DNA of 30,282 nucleotides from Nitrospinales bacterium (GTDB lineage Bacteria; Nitrospinota; Nitrospinia; Nitrospinales; JAJDAT01): NCBI GenBank assembly GCA_046757665.1, contig JBHHYO010000030.1, positions 1 to 30,282 of the forward strand, read 5' to 3'. Shown piece by piece: positions 15,137 to 23,885 of this stretch (position 1 is its first letter; each line of letters starts with the position of its first letter). The notes under the pieces were generated by a model. It saw only the letters and a program-made list of their open reading frames with translations, ran no database searches and was not told where the DNA came from. The position numbers and the translations under genes were made by a program.

Positions 15137-17487
15137 ACGGTGTTGACGCCGGCTTTCAACGGCAACCACAAGATGACCGTCGTAGATTCTCCCGGCTGAC
15201 TTTTTATTTCGATTCCTCCCCCGTGCTGTTGCAGGATTTCCCTGACAATCGACAGTCCGAGACCGACACCGAAACTTTTCGTACTGTAAAGCGGCTCAAA
15301 AATTTTTTCCAGTTGATCCCGCGGGATACCAATGCCCGTATCCTGGATCCGAATTTCCAGTCTGCTCCCGGCGATTCGGGTTTCTACAAACAGACGACAT
15401 TCGGTTTTTCTTCCGGTATTCCCATTCTCGCGGTTACATTTTTCGATCAAGGCCTGATAACCGTTGTGCAGGACATTGATCATGGCGCGGCGAAACCTTT
15501 CCCGGTCCAGGTCGACTTTGACTCCCGCGGCCAATTTTCTGATTACCGTCACCGGTTCCGGCGGTGTTTGTTCATCGATCAACTCATCGAGCAAACGGTC
15601 GACATCTGTAGGTTCCAAATTTCTTTCATGGGGCCGCGCATAGTCCAGAAGTTCCTCGATGATGTTGTCACAACGCTCAATAGCGCGGTTGGCCAGGGTC
15701 AGCGGCCTTTCGGCGTCCTTGTTTCCCCGGAGCAGTTGCGCCAGAGAGAACGTAACGTTGCGGACAATTCCCAGGGGATTGCGCAATTCATGGCTGACCT
15801 TGGCGGAAAGCTCCCCCAGTATCGCCAGCCGTTCCTTGCGCACCAGTTCTTTCTGGGCGGCCTTCAGCGCGCGGGTTCGCTCTTCCACCAGTTCCTCGAG
15901 ATAACCGCGGTGCCTTTCCAGGTCTTCCTCGATCCGCTTGCGGTCGGAAATGTCCCGCACGATTGCGATCAATAACGGTTTGTTGCCCCTGCGCATTTCG
16001 CTGATGGCAAGGTCCATGGGAAAGACCGAACCCTCCTTGCGTTTGCCTTGTATTTCACGCACGATTCCCCCGCTCCGGACTCCGGTCTTAAGTTTGTCGT
16101 CCGTGAAATACTCATCCAACTTCTTGAAAAGGGATTGCGGAACAAGCATTTTAATATTTCGGCCAACCACTTCCCCGGCGGAGTATCCGAAAATGCGCTC
16201 CGCGGCTTTATTGAATGACTCCACCGTCCCATGCGGATCAAAGGTGATGATCCCGTCCACGGCGGAATCGACAATGGCCTGTGTGCGGCCGTAGCTTTCC
16301 TCAAGAGACACCCGCATGGCATTGAAGGACTGGGTAAGGACTCCCACCTCATCGCCGCTGGCAACCGGGATATTCGCCGACAGGCGGCCCCGGGCAAACT
16401 TCTTGACCCCGCGAACCAGAACCCCGATGGGCCGGGTGATTTGCTCGGCGCCGTATTTGGATATAAAAACCGCGGCGACAATCATGACCACAATAGAGAC
16501 CCAAATGAGCGGTATGGCAATCCGGCTGAAGGCGGTGGCTTCCTTGGCATTTCTCTCCACTTCCTGCTCCACGGCGCGCAAAAGCAATCGCAACCGGTCA
16601 CTGATTTTCCGTTCCAGCGGCAACGCTTGACGACCCAGCCAGTCTTGCGCCACATTCCAGGTGCCGCCTTTTCTCAAGGACAAAATTTCCCGGCTGAAAA
16701 AAACGTACGCCTTGAATTCAGAGCCAATCCAGCGGAGCAACTCCTTCTGCTCCCCGGTCAGCCCATCCTTGTTGTCGCTTATAATCCGCCACAACCGCAA
16801 AGCGGAGTTCAGTTTTCGATGGAACCGTTCCTCGTGTCCAGGGTCGGCCGTTCTCAGAAAACTTACCAGCAGACCGCGGCACTGACTGAACAAATGGCGA
16901 AATTCAAGCAAGGGAACCAGCAAAATCTTTCCCTTTGCAGTTTTTCGCGGTCTTTTTGTCAGTTTGACGAGATCGGCGAGACCTGTCTCGATGGAATCCG
17001 TCACCGGCGCCATGTTGTGCTGGAAGGCCACTTGCGCGGGCTCATTACCGGGTGTATTGGCCACGTCGGCAATGCGCCATTGCCATTCAGACAAATCGGC
17101 CAAAAGGCGTTCCAGTTTCTCCAGCGGATGCTGTTTTGCCAACGCCGCCGGGATGTGCAGGTGTTTTTCCAGTTCGTCCACCCACGGCCATATTTCTTTT
17201 TCCCAGGTGGCTCTTCTCTCCTTTTGAAACTCCGGATTGCCCAACACCACCCAGCCGCGCAATGCCGCCAGCGAGTGTTGAACCCCGTTTTCCAGACTTT
17301 TCAAGGCTTCAAATTTCGGCCCGCTTTCCAAGGCCAGACGCAGTGTGCTGTCTCGTAACCAGAGGGTGGAGATTAAAGCGACCAGCAACAAAACAACCCC
17401 AATGCCCGCCAGGCTCAGGTGGGAAAACAACAGCTTTTGCTTCAGGCTGTTTTTCACGGTCCGGATGTCCCCCGGCAAAACTTGCAT
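15133..17487 (-). CDS. Membrane sensor histidine kinase (helical periplasmic domain, HAMP, PAS, HisKA, HATPase)
   Basis: Two TM helices; HAMP (DEVGVLTQSFNAM); PAS (DGIITFD...FNKAAERIFGY); H-box SHELRNPL; N, G1, F and G2 boxes (NVLHNG, DTGIGI, IFEP, GVGLGL). Confidence 0.95.
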   Translation of the reverse strand: MQVLPGDIRTVKNSLKQKLLFSHLSLAGIGVVLLLVALISTLWLRDSTLRLALESGPKFEALKSLENGVQHSLAALRGWVVLGNPEFQKERRATWEKEIWPWVDELEKHLHIPAALAKQHPLEKLERLLADLSEWQWRIADVANTPGNEPAQVAFQHNMAPVTDSIETGLADLVKLTKRPRKTAKGKILLVPLLEFRHLFSQCRGLLVSFLRTADPGHEERFHRKLNSALRLWRIISDNKDGLTGEQKELLRWIGSEFKAYVFFSREILSLRKGGTWNVAQDWLGRQALPLERKISDRLRLLLRAVEQEVERNAKEATAFSRIAIPLIWVSIVVMIVAAVFISKYGAEQITRPIGVLVRGVKKFARGRLSANIPVASGDEVGVLTQSFNAMRVSLEESYGRTQAIVDSAVDGIITFDPHGTVESFNKAAERIFGYSAGEVVGRNIKMLVPQSLFKKLDEYFTDDKLKTGVRSGGIVREIQGKRKEGSVFPMDLAISEMRRGNKPLLIAIVRDISDRKRIEEDLERHRGYLEELVEERTRALKAAQKELVRKERLAILGELSAKVSHELRNPLGIVRNVTFSLAQLLRGNKDAERPLTLANRAIERCDNIIEELLDYARPHERNLEPTDVDRLLDELIDEQTPPEPVTVIRKLAAGVKVDLDRERFRRAMINVLHNGYQALIEKCNRENGNTGRKTECRLFVETRIAGSRLEIRIQDTGIGIPRDQLEKIFEPLYSTKSFGVGLGLSIVREILQQHGGGIEIKSQPGESTTVILWLPLKAGVNTV

Positions 17488-17496
17488 CCCAATCCC

Positions 17497-18477
17497 CTAT
17501 CCGCTCAGCCAATTCGGCTGGGCTTTCACCTGCTTCAGCAGTTCCGAGAGCTGGATTTCCAGAATTCCAACCCTCTGATAAACATGCGAGGAAAACTTGA
17601 GACCCGGGAAATACGATTCCGGAGGCGCGGTGTTTCCGGCTTTTCGGTTGATATACGCCAACTCGGAGACAATCAAGGATGCCATATTATAATCGTCTCC
17701 GGGATTGATGCGAGTCAAATCCTCTTCCGTTTCCTCCCGTTCCAGCATGGTCAATCCCGAGCGGTGGGCGATTTCCTGAATCAGACCAAAACATTTGATG
17801 AGGCGGAGATAAACATCGGCCGGGAATTTGCCGCTCTCAAAAGCCGGCGCGGCCGGAATCCTTGTCCGCACATCCGGAAAACGCCTTAAAAGAAACGCCG
17901 CGTAATTGATCGCCTGGGTGACCTGCTGGTAAACATCGCTGGGGGAAAACCGTCGGATCAGGAGAAGATTCAATTGGCGGTTGACCTGCACAATCAGGCG
18001 AAACACATCCGTGGGAGTTTTAGCCGGGTCCCGTGCCGGCACGGTCCGGATTTCGTTTATTCCCAGTTCTTTTTTTATCAGCCGCAGGCATTTCAGAGCC
18101 GCGCGCACCAGCACAAAAACATGAGACGCCCGGATTTCCGAGGCCGGGAAGCTCCGCATCACCGCCCGCCGCCGCGTCAACTCAAAACACAACTGATCGG
18201 CCTTGCGGAAAAGCGTCAAGGCCTGAAAAAAGACTTCGCGCGGCGCGGCATTCCTGACTTTGATTTCGGGACGCTCGTCCCTGGGTTTGCCCATGTAACG
18301 GCGGACCAGATCGAGTTCCTCGCGCATCAACGCCACATGGGCAAAAACGTCCGGCGGCCCGATTTCCGGCTCCTCTTTACCCTGGGCACCCAACGGAAAG
18401 GCGAGAAAACCCGGTATCAACATCAGGCAACACCCGGCGAACCACAGCCTTTTGACGCCGATCGCTTTCTTCACCAT
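17497..18477 (-). CDS. Exported alpha-helical repeat protein of unknown function
   Basis: Signal peptide; eight helices each starting with a [PAS]-x-[DEH]-V-[FY]-like motif; stop lies 9 nt before the kinase ATG. Confidence 0.8.
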   Translation of the reverse strand: MVKKAIGVKRLWFAGCCLMLIPGFLAFPLGAQGKEEPEIGPPDVFAHVALMREELDLVRRYMGKPRDERPEIKVRNAAPREVFFQALTLFRKADQLCFELTRRRAVMRSFPASEIRASHVFVLVRAALKCLRLIKKELGINEIRTVPARDPAKTPTDVFRLIVQVNRQLNLLLIRRFSPSDVYQQVTQAINYAAFLLRRFPDVRTRIPAAPAFESGKFPADVYLRLIKCFGLIQEIAHRSGLTMLEREETEEDLTRINPGDDYNMASLIVSELAYINRKAGNTAPPESYFPGLKFSSHVYQRVGILEIQLSELLKQVKAQPNWLSG

Positions 18478-18900
18478 GCTGTTTCCGCCCCTTGCCGCTC
18501 CGGCTTTTATCCCACAGATGGAAATAACCTTTTGTATAGGATGTTACTTTGGCGGAATCGTTTTAGCTTTTGCCTTTTTACCTGGCAAACTCTGCTTTTG
18601 GGCAAAATCGATTGCAAAAAATTTTCCTCAAAACCACAAAAAAACTTTAAAATAAACCTCCCCTTATGCTAGAATATTTAATTTTACCATGCCGAATGGT
18701 CTTGGGGCGATACATTTTCCTGTCCTCGCGGGGGGATGTGGAATTGTCCTTCGGCTTTTGAACAAATGATCCGGAAACGGCTTGTCACGACACCGTTCCC
18801 ATGCAGGAAAAACGGCTGACCCTGTTTCTCATCCTATCCTCAAATTAATGCTTTCCAGTTTGCTTATTTCTAAACGCTCCGGCAAGGGGATTTTGTAAAA

Positions 18901-19290
18901 ATGAGCCTGATTGAAGTCATCAAACGAATCAAAAGCGCCCTGAAGTTGCGCTACGATTATGAAGTCGCGAAAAAGCTAAACCTCAGCGAAACCGCTCTTT
19001 CGGAGCGAAAAAGAAGAAACAGCATTCCCACCGACAAGCTGATCATTCTTTGTGAACGAGAAGGTATAAATCTGGATTGGCTGCTTACCGGAAAAGAGAA
19101 CAACGTTTTTGCTTCCAGGACCACGGGCAGTTCGACAGCTCTTTATGAAACCACCGACGACCCAAAACTCAAAAAGATGATCGAGCAATTTCAACGGATA
19201 TACAAGGAAGGCGATTACCGGAAGCTGGCCTCCCTTCAATTGTTGCTGGACCTGTTTGACCCGCCGGCGTTTGGAATAAATACCGATTAG
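18901..19290 (+). CDS. Phage CI-type HTH transcriptional regulator without peptidase domain
   Basis: DYEVAKKLNLSETALSERKRRNSIP...GINLDWLLTG signature. Confidence 0.85.
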   Translation: MSLIEVIKRIKSALKLRYDYEVAKKLNLSETALSERKRRNSIPTDKLIILCEREGINLDWLLTGKENNVFASRTTGSSTALYETTDDPKLKKMIEQFQRIYKEGDYRKLASLQLLLDLFDPPAFGINTD

Positions 19291-19308
19291 CCTTCGCCGC
19301 CGGCGGCC

Positions 19309-20145
19309 TCAGAGGAAAAGCCGGTAGGACAGCCTGACTCCGCAGGCATAGACATCGGCCCAGTGCGACTCCTTTTTCTGCCGCGGGCCGGCCAGTTCCC
19401 GCCAATGGACGGGGCGGACGATATAAGGCGACCAGTCCAGGCGCTGGTATTCCATGCCCAGAACCTCAAACCAGCGTTCCAGCAGGGCGGCGCTGGGGAA
19501 CGTCATCAAACTCAATTCCCTGTTCTTCCGGCGGAAGGAATGCGGCAGGCGGTAGTCTTTTTTTCGCGCCTGCGTGGCGGTGGTCATCATCAACGGCAGG
19601 TCCAGCAGGGCGTCGTCCTGAATGCGGGCCAGGATTTCCGGCGCTTCCTTGCCCTGCAGGGCGCAATAGGCCGTCGTAAAGGTATCGACCAAAATCGTCT
19701 CGCGGGCCAGCCGGCGCATCTGCCTCAGCACACCCAGCGGCTCCGCCAGGTAATAAAGTATTCCGAAACAAAAAATGGTGTCGAAGCTGTTTTCCTTGAG
19801 CGTTTCCAGAAACCCCGGCACCTCCCCGGGTTCGAGTCTGTAACGGTCTTTCGGGAGCCGCAACTGCTCGAACAACGCTCTGCCCTGCTTTAAGCGTTCC
19901 TCTTCCACATCCACCCCCTGCACGAAGGCGGCGTCCATTTGCAAGGCGGCACAGGCAAACGTTCCCATATGACACGCAACGTCCAGAATCCTCTTGCCCG
20001 CCACGGCGTCTTTTTGTTTCCACAACAGGTTCTCCACGCGGGCATTGAGACACTCGAAGTTGTAGGGAATCGCCCAACGGTCCTTGCGCGGGTCCTGTTG
20101 CAAAAAAGGCGAGTCCGCGGGGAAAAATATTTTTGTCTCGGCCAT
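19309..20145 (-). CDS. Class I SAM-dependent methyltransferase
   Basis: Motif I ILDVACHMG; GVDVE; FDTIFCFGILYYL. Confidence 0.88.
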   Translation of the reverse strand: MAETKIFFPADSPFLQQDPRKDRWAIPYNFECLNARVENLLWKQKDAVAGKRILDVACHMGTFACAALQMDAAFVQGVDVEEERLKQGRALFEQLRLPKDRYRLEPGEVPGFLETLKENSFDTIFCFGILYYLAEPLGVLRQMRRLARETILVDTFTTAYCALQGKEAPEILARIQDDALLDLPLMMTTATQARKKDYRLPHSFRRKNRELSLMTFPSAALLERWFEVLGMEYQRLDWSPYIVRPVHWRELAGPRQKKESHWADVYACGVRLSYRLFL

Positions 20146-20408
20146 CTCTTGCCTGGGTTACGGATTCATTTTTACCGACGCACCGCATCCTATCAAACTT
20201 CCGGGCCGGCTTAAAGGCAGGCGATTTATTGGTAGCATAACGTGGCAAATCTAAAGGCCTTTCTCTCGAGCATACCTGCATTTGGCGCTATATGTAGTCG
20301 TCCCTGAAAAAGTCTATTTTTCAGAGTGCCGGGTGAAAGATGAATCTGTTTTTCACGCGGCGAGCGGTTGAAAACGGTTTTTGAGGAGCCGCCAAAAAAG
20401 AAACAATA

Positions 20409-20430
20409 AGAAAGCTCGCAGGAGCTTTCT
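20409..20430 (-). terminator. Putative intrinsic terminator downstream of the ArnT-like gene
   Basis: Perfect stem AGAAAGCTC-GCAG-GAGCTTTCT, followed on the minus strand by TATTGTTTCTTTTTT. Confidence 0.5.
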
Positions 20431-20511
20431 CATATTGTGCCCCGCGCCGGACAGGGTATATTCAGCTAACCGCAACAAGTTAAAAGAAAAAGCCTACAGG
20501 GCCGCCGCTCC

Positions 20512-20627
20512 GCGGCGTAGCGATCCAGCCGGGCCACGCCCGGTGGGAACGGGTCCTTTCTGGATTGCTTCGTCGGCCTGGCCTCCTCGCAATGGCAATC
20601 AAACCAGTACACTCATGCAAAGCGTCC
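20512..20627. repeat. Partial, inverted second copy of the 10338-10511 element
   Basis: Reverse complement reads CTTTGCATGAGTGTACTGGTTTGATTGCCATTGCGAGGAG...GACGAAGCAATCCAGAAAGGACCCGTTCCCACCGGGCGTGGCCCGGCTGGATCGCTACGCCGC, nearly identical to about 10343-10451. Confidence 0.9.
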
Positions 20628-20752
20628 CCTTTCATACACCAAATATAGCGAAGCTATACACATTGGCAAAACGATTTTTCATGCCCGGCACGAGAGGGAG
20701 GAGAGTTTTTGCTATTGACTGGAGCTTTCTAATAGGTGGCCCCTGTATTATT

Positions 20753-22240
20753 TTACTTCAGGTGAGGAGGTAAAGCGGGTGCGGCTTTTTCTTCCAGGAG
20801 CAGTTGCGTATTGTATTGGCCTACCTTGAAAAAACTGTCCCTCACCTCCTGGGGAAGCGAATGGAGTTTAGCCTGTTTCACGGCAATAAAATCTATCGTC
20901 GCATTTTTCGTCAGCGCAATCAGCAATGGGCCGGACGCCATGTATTTTGCCTTGCCGCCGGAATAATATTCGGCGGAGTGATACAGGTCCCCAAAGTAAT
21001 AGAGCCCGCTGTCAACTGTGGGGCGCAACTCCTCATAGGCATCCACAATGCGCTTCTGGGTATGTTGCATGATAAACCCCGTATTCTTTACCCATAACGT
21101 CGCAACAACCAGAACCGCCATCATGATCCCGGAAATTGTTGATACGTTAACCATCAGGCGCCTTTGGGAATCTTCGGCCGTTCCAAACAATGCCAATGCG
21201 AGCAACAGGATGGCTCCCGGCACGCCCGGCAAGACATAGGTCCATAAAATGTGGCGGGAAAGGGTAAAAAGACAGAGGGGACCGAGCATCCAGAAAAAGC
21301 AGAACAGCATTAGCGAACGATGTTTTTTGAACCTTTCTTTAAGCTGTGTCGAGTTTTTCCGGATGCGTAACGACGGTATCAGTGTCAAGCTCCAGGGAAT
21401 CATACCAATCACCAGGAACACCCAGACCATCCCCAGAGGCATGGAGTGGGCATGACCGTACAGGTCGCCTTTCCATCCACTCACCAAAAACCGTTTGACG
21501 TGTTCACCGATAATAAAATAGTTGAGGAACCCCGGGGTTTTATATTCCGCGATGGCATACCAGGGCGCGGCAACCAGCAAAGTGACGGCGCTCCCGGAGA
21601 CCCAGGAGAATCTTTTAATTGCCGAAAATTTTCTATCAATGACCAGCGACCAGAGAATCACGGGGAAGAAAACAAAAATGAAGGTAATCGGTCCCTTTGC
21701 CAGCAGGCCGCACCCCAGGCTTATAAAAAATGCAAGTTCCCAGGTCCGGCCATCGCCATGCGCTCTTCGCCAAAACGCAATGAGGCTTATCGTAACTGCC
21801 GCGGTCAGCATGATATCGGTCATGACCGCGGCGGCGGATATAAAATAAACGGCCGAACTGGCCAGCATCAGCGTTGCCACGGCCGCCAATCGTTTATCCA
21901 CCGCTTGACTTATCCACAAACCATAGACCAGCAACAGCGCAATCGAAGTCAGGAAAATTCCGGCACGGGCAACCAGCGGCGAGGGACCAAACAGTTTGAT
22001 CCCCACAGCTGAAACCCAGAACGCAAGCGGCGGTTTGCCCCAGAAGGGAACGCCGTAATCGTACTGCGGGGTTATCCAGTTGGATGTTTCCATCATCTTT
22101 CTGGATATCTCCGCATAGCGCGCCTCCGTCGAATCCATGATGGGCAGACTTCCCGCCATCCAGCCTCTCACGCCGAGAACCACAAGGATAAGCACGATTG
22201 CCAATTTCAGGAGTTGCCCCCCGTTAAGACGACGTATCAA
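20753..22240 (-). CDS. ArnT-like (GT83/PMT superfamily) lipid-carrier glycosyltransferase
   Basis: DSTEARYAEISRKM, NWITP, PFWGKPPL, LAKGP and APWY motifs; many TM helices; TTG start. Confidence 0.92.
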   Translation of the reverse strand: MIRRLNGGQLLKLAIVLILVVLGVRGWMAGSLPIMDSTEARYAEISRKMMETSNWITPQYDYGVPFWGKPPLAFWVSAVGIKLFGPSPLVARAGIFLTSIALLLVYGLWISQAVDKRLAAVATLMLASSAVYFISAAAVMTDIMLTAAVTISLIAFWRRAHGDGRTWELAFFISLGCGLLAKGPITFIFVFFPVILWSLVIDRKFSAIKRFSWVSGSAVTLLVAAPWYAIAEYKTPGFLNYFIIGEHVKRFLVSGWKGDLYGHAHSMPLGMVWVFLVIGMIPWSLTLIPSLRIRKNSTQLKERFKKHRSLMLFCFFWMLGPLCLFTLSRHILWTYVLPGVPGAILLLALALFGTAEDSQRRLMVNVSTISGIMMAVLVVATLWVKNTGFIMQHTQKRIVDAYEELRPTVDSGLYYFGDLYHSAEYYSGGKAKYMASGPLLIALTKNATIDFIAVKQAKLHSLPQEVRDSFFKVGQYNTQLLLEEKAAPALPPHLK

Positions 22241-22325
22241 TGGATAACTTTCTCCCGTCTTTCATGCAGGCGCAGTTTGTAAGCTGGTCCTTGTCCGGGC
22301 CGGTTGAACCGCCGGGAAGAACGCC

Positions 22326-23846
22326 TTACCGTTTATTAAAAAAATCCTCGATCGCCGCAACCACATATTCCTGCTGTTGACCGGTCACTTCCGGGGAGAT
22401 GGGGAGAGCGAGGGTTTCGGCGGCGGCTTTTTCGGATTCGGGGAAGTTTCCCGCCCGATAGCCCAGGCCGGCGAAACACTCTTGCCGGTGCATGGGGACG
22501 GGATAATAAACCTCCGCGCCGATTCCCTTTTGCTTTAGAAATTCCATCAACTCGTCGCGCCGCTCCGGCACGCGGATCACGTATTGGTTGTAGATGTGCC
22601 GGGGGAAAATTTCCCGCGGTGCGCGGATGGTGTCCGCCAGGCCCCGCTCCTCGATCAGGCGGTTGTAGGTTTCGGCGCCTTGCCGTCGTTTGTCGTGCCA
22701 GCCTTCGAGGTATTTCAACTTGGCGGCGACCGCGGCGGCCTGCAAGGCGTCCAGGCGGAAATTGCCGCCGACGAGTTTGTGATGATACTTGGGCCGGGAG
22801 CCGTGTACCCGCAGAACGCGCAATCGGTCGGCGGCTTCCTCGGAGTTTGTGGTGACCATGCCGCCGTCGCCCAGCCCGCCCAGGTTCTTCGTCGGGAAAA
22901 ACGAGAAACAACCGTAGTCGCCCAGCGACCCGGCACGCTTGAATTTGTATTCCGAGCCGATGGCCTGCGCCGCGTCCTCGATGACGACCAGTCCGTGTTT
23001 TTTCGCCAGGTCCAGGATGGGGTCCATGTCGGCGCACTGGCCGTAAAGATGAACGGGAAGGATGGCGCGGGTTTTTGCGGTGATTTTTTCTTCAATGCGG
23101 TCAGGATCGATGTTGCAACTTGCCGGCTCGATGTCCACCAGAACCGGCCTGGCTCCCAACCGCGCGATGGACCCCAGCGTGGCGAAGAACGTGTACGAGG
23201 TGGTAACGACTTCATCGCCCGGCCCTACTCCGGCGGCCATCAGCGCGATCATCAAAGCGTCGGTTCCGGAGGACACGCCAACGGCGTACCGGCATTGGCA
23301 GTAGGCGGCGATTTTCGTTTCCAGTTCCGCCACCTGGGGGCCGAGGATGAACCGCCCGGAACGCACCACGCCGACCAGCCCGTGTTCCAGTTCCTCACAG
23401 AACTCATGGTAGCCTGCGGGCAGGTCGATCAACGGAACCGCATCGACCGCCCGGTCTCCGACAAGTTCCGGCAAATCCTGGGGATGGAACGTCCTGACGT
23501 CCATCCGATCGAAGGCTGTCGCGTCAAGAGTCACGATTCCCGCCAGGCCCAGGCCGCGCACCGCTTGCGCCGACAGGGATTCCGTCACCCCCAGGTCCGA
23601 TGAAAAAAGAGACTCCCGGATTTCCACGCTCGTCAAGGGCAGGATGGAAACGACGTCCAGCCAGGCTTTCAATTTACCGGTACCCGATGGATTGCGGACT
23701 TGCCCGGCGACCGCCGGCAGAACGCAGGCGGCCACCCAGGCTTTTATCTTCTTTTGCCGGCAAAGCTCCAGCAACCGGTCGCCGCCGGGCGCCACCTCAT
23801 CGGAGCAGGCGTTCAGCAAAAAATCCGTGTGTAGCAGAATCTGCAT
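22326..23846 (-). CDS. DegT/DnrJ/EryC1/StrS (WbpE-like) sugar aminotransferase with N-terminal degenerate PIN-like domain
   Basis: SSGTDAL, PVHLYGQ, IEDAAQA, FSFFPTKNLG (PLP Lys) and YYPVPMH motifs. An extra ~130 N-terminal aa resemble a PIN domain. Confidence 0.93.
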   Translation of the reverse strand: MQILLHTDFLLNACSDEVAPGGDRLLELCRQKKIKAWVAACVLPAVAGQVRNPSGTGKLKAWLDVVSILPLTSVEIRESLFSSDLGVTESLSAQAVRGLGLAGIVTLDATAFDRMDVRTFHPQDLPELVGDRAVDAVPLIDLPAGYHEFCEELEHGLVGVVRSGRFILGPQVAELETKIAAYCQCRYAVGVSSGTDALMIALMAAGVGPGDEVVTTSYTFFATLGSIARLGARPVLVDIEPASCNIDPDRIEEKITAKTRAILPVHLYGQCADMDPILDLAKKHGLVVIEDAAQAIGSEYKFKRAGSLGDYGCFSFFPTKNLGGLGDGGMVTTNSEEAADRLRVLRVHGSRPKYHHKLVGGNFRLDALQAAAVAAKLKYLEGWHDKRRQGAETYNRLIEERGLADTIRAPREIFPRHIYNQYVIRVPERRDELMEFLKQKGIGAEVYYPVPMHRQECFAGLGYRAGNFPESEKAAAETLALPISPEVTGQQQEYVVAAIEDFFNKR

Positions 23847-23885
23847 AACACCTCAATAGACGGCAAGCCGCGGGCTCTCGACCGC

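Noticed and set aside
1722-19290. Prophage suggested by two CI-like repressors
   Set aside because: No integrase, terminase, structural or replication genes; the intervening genes are cellular.
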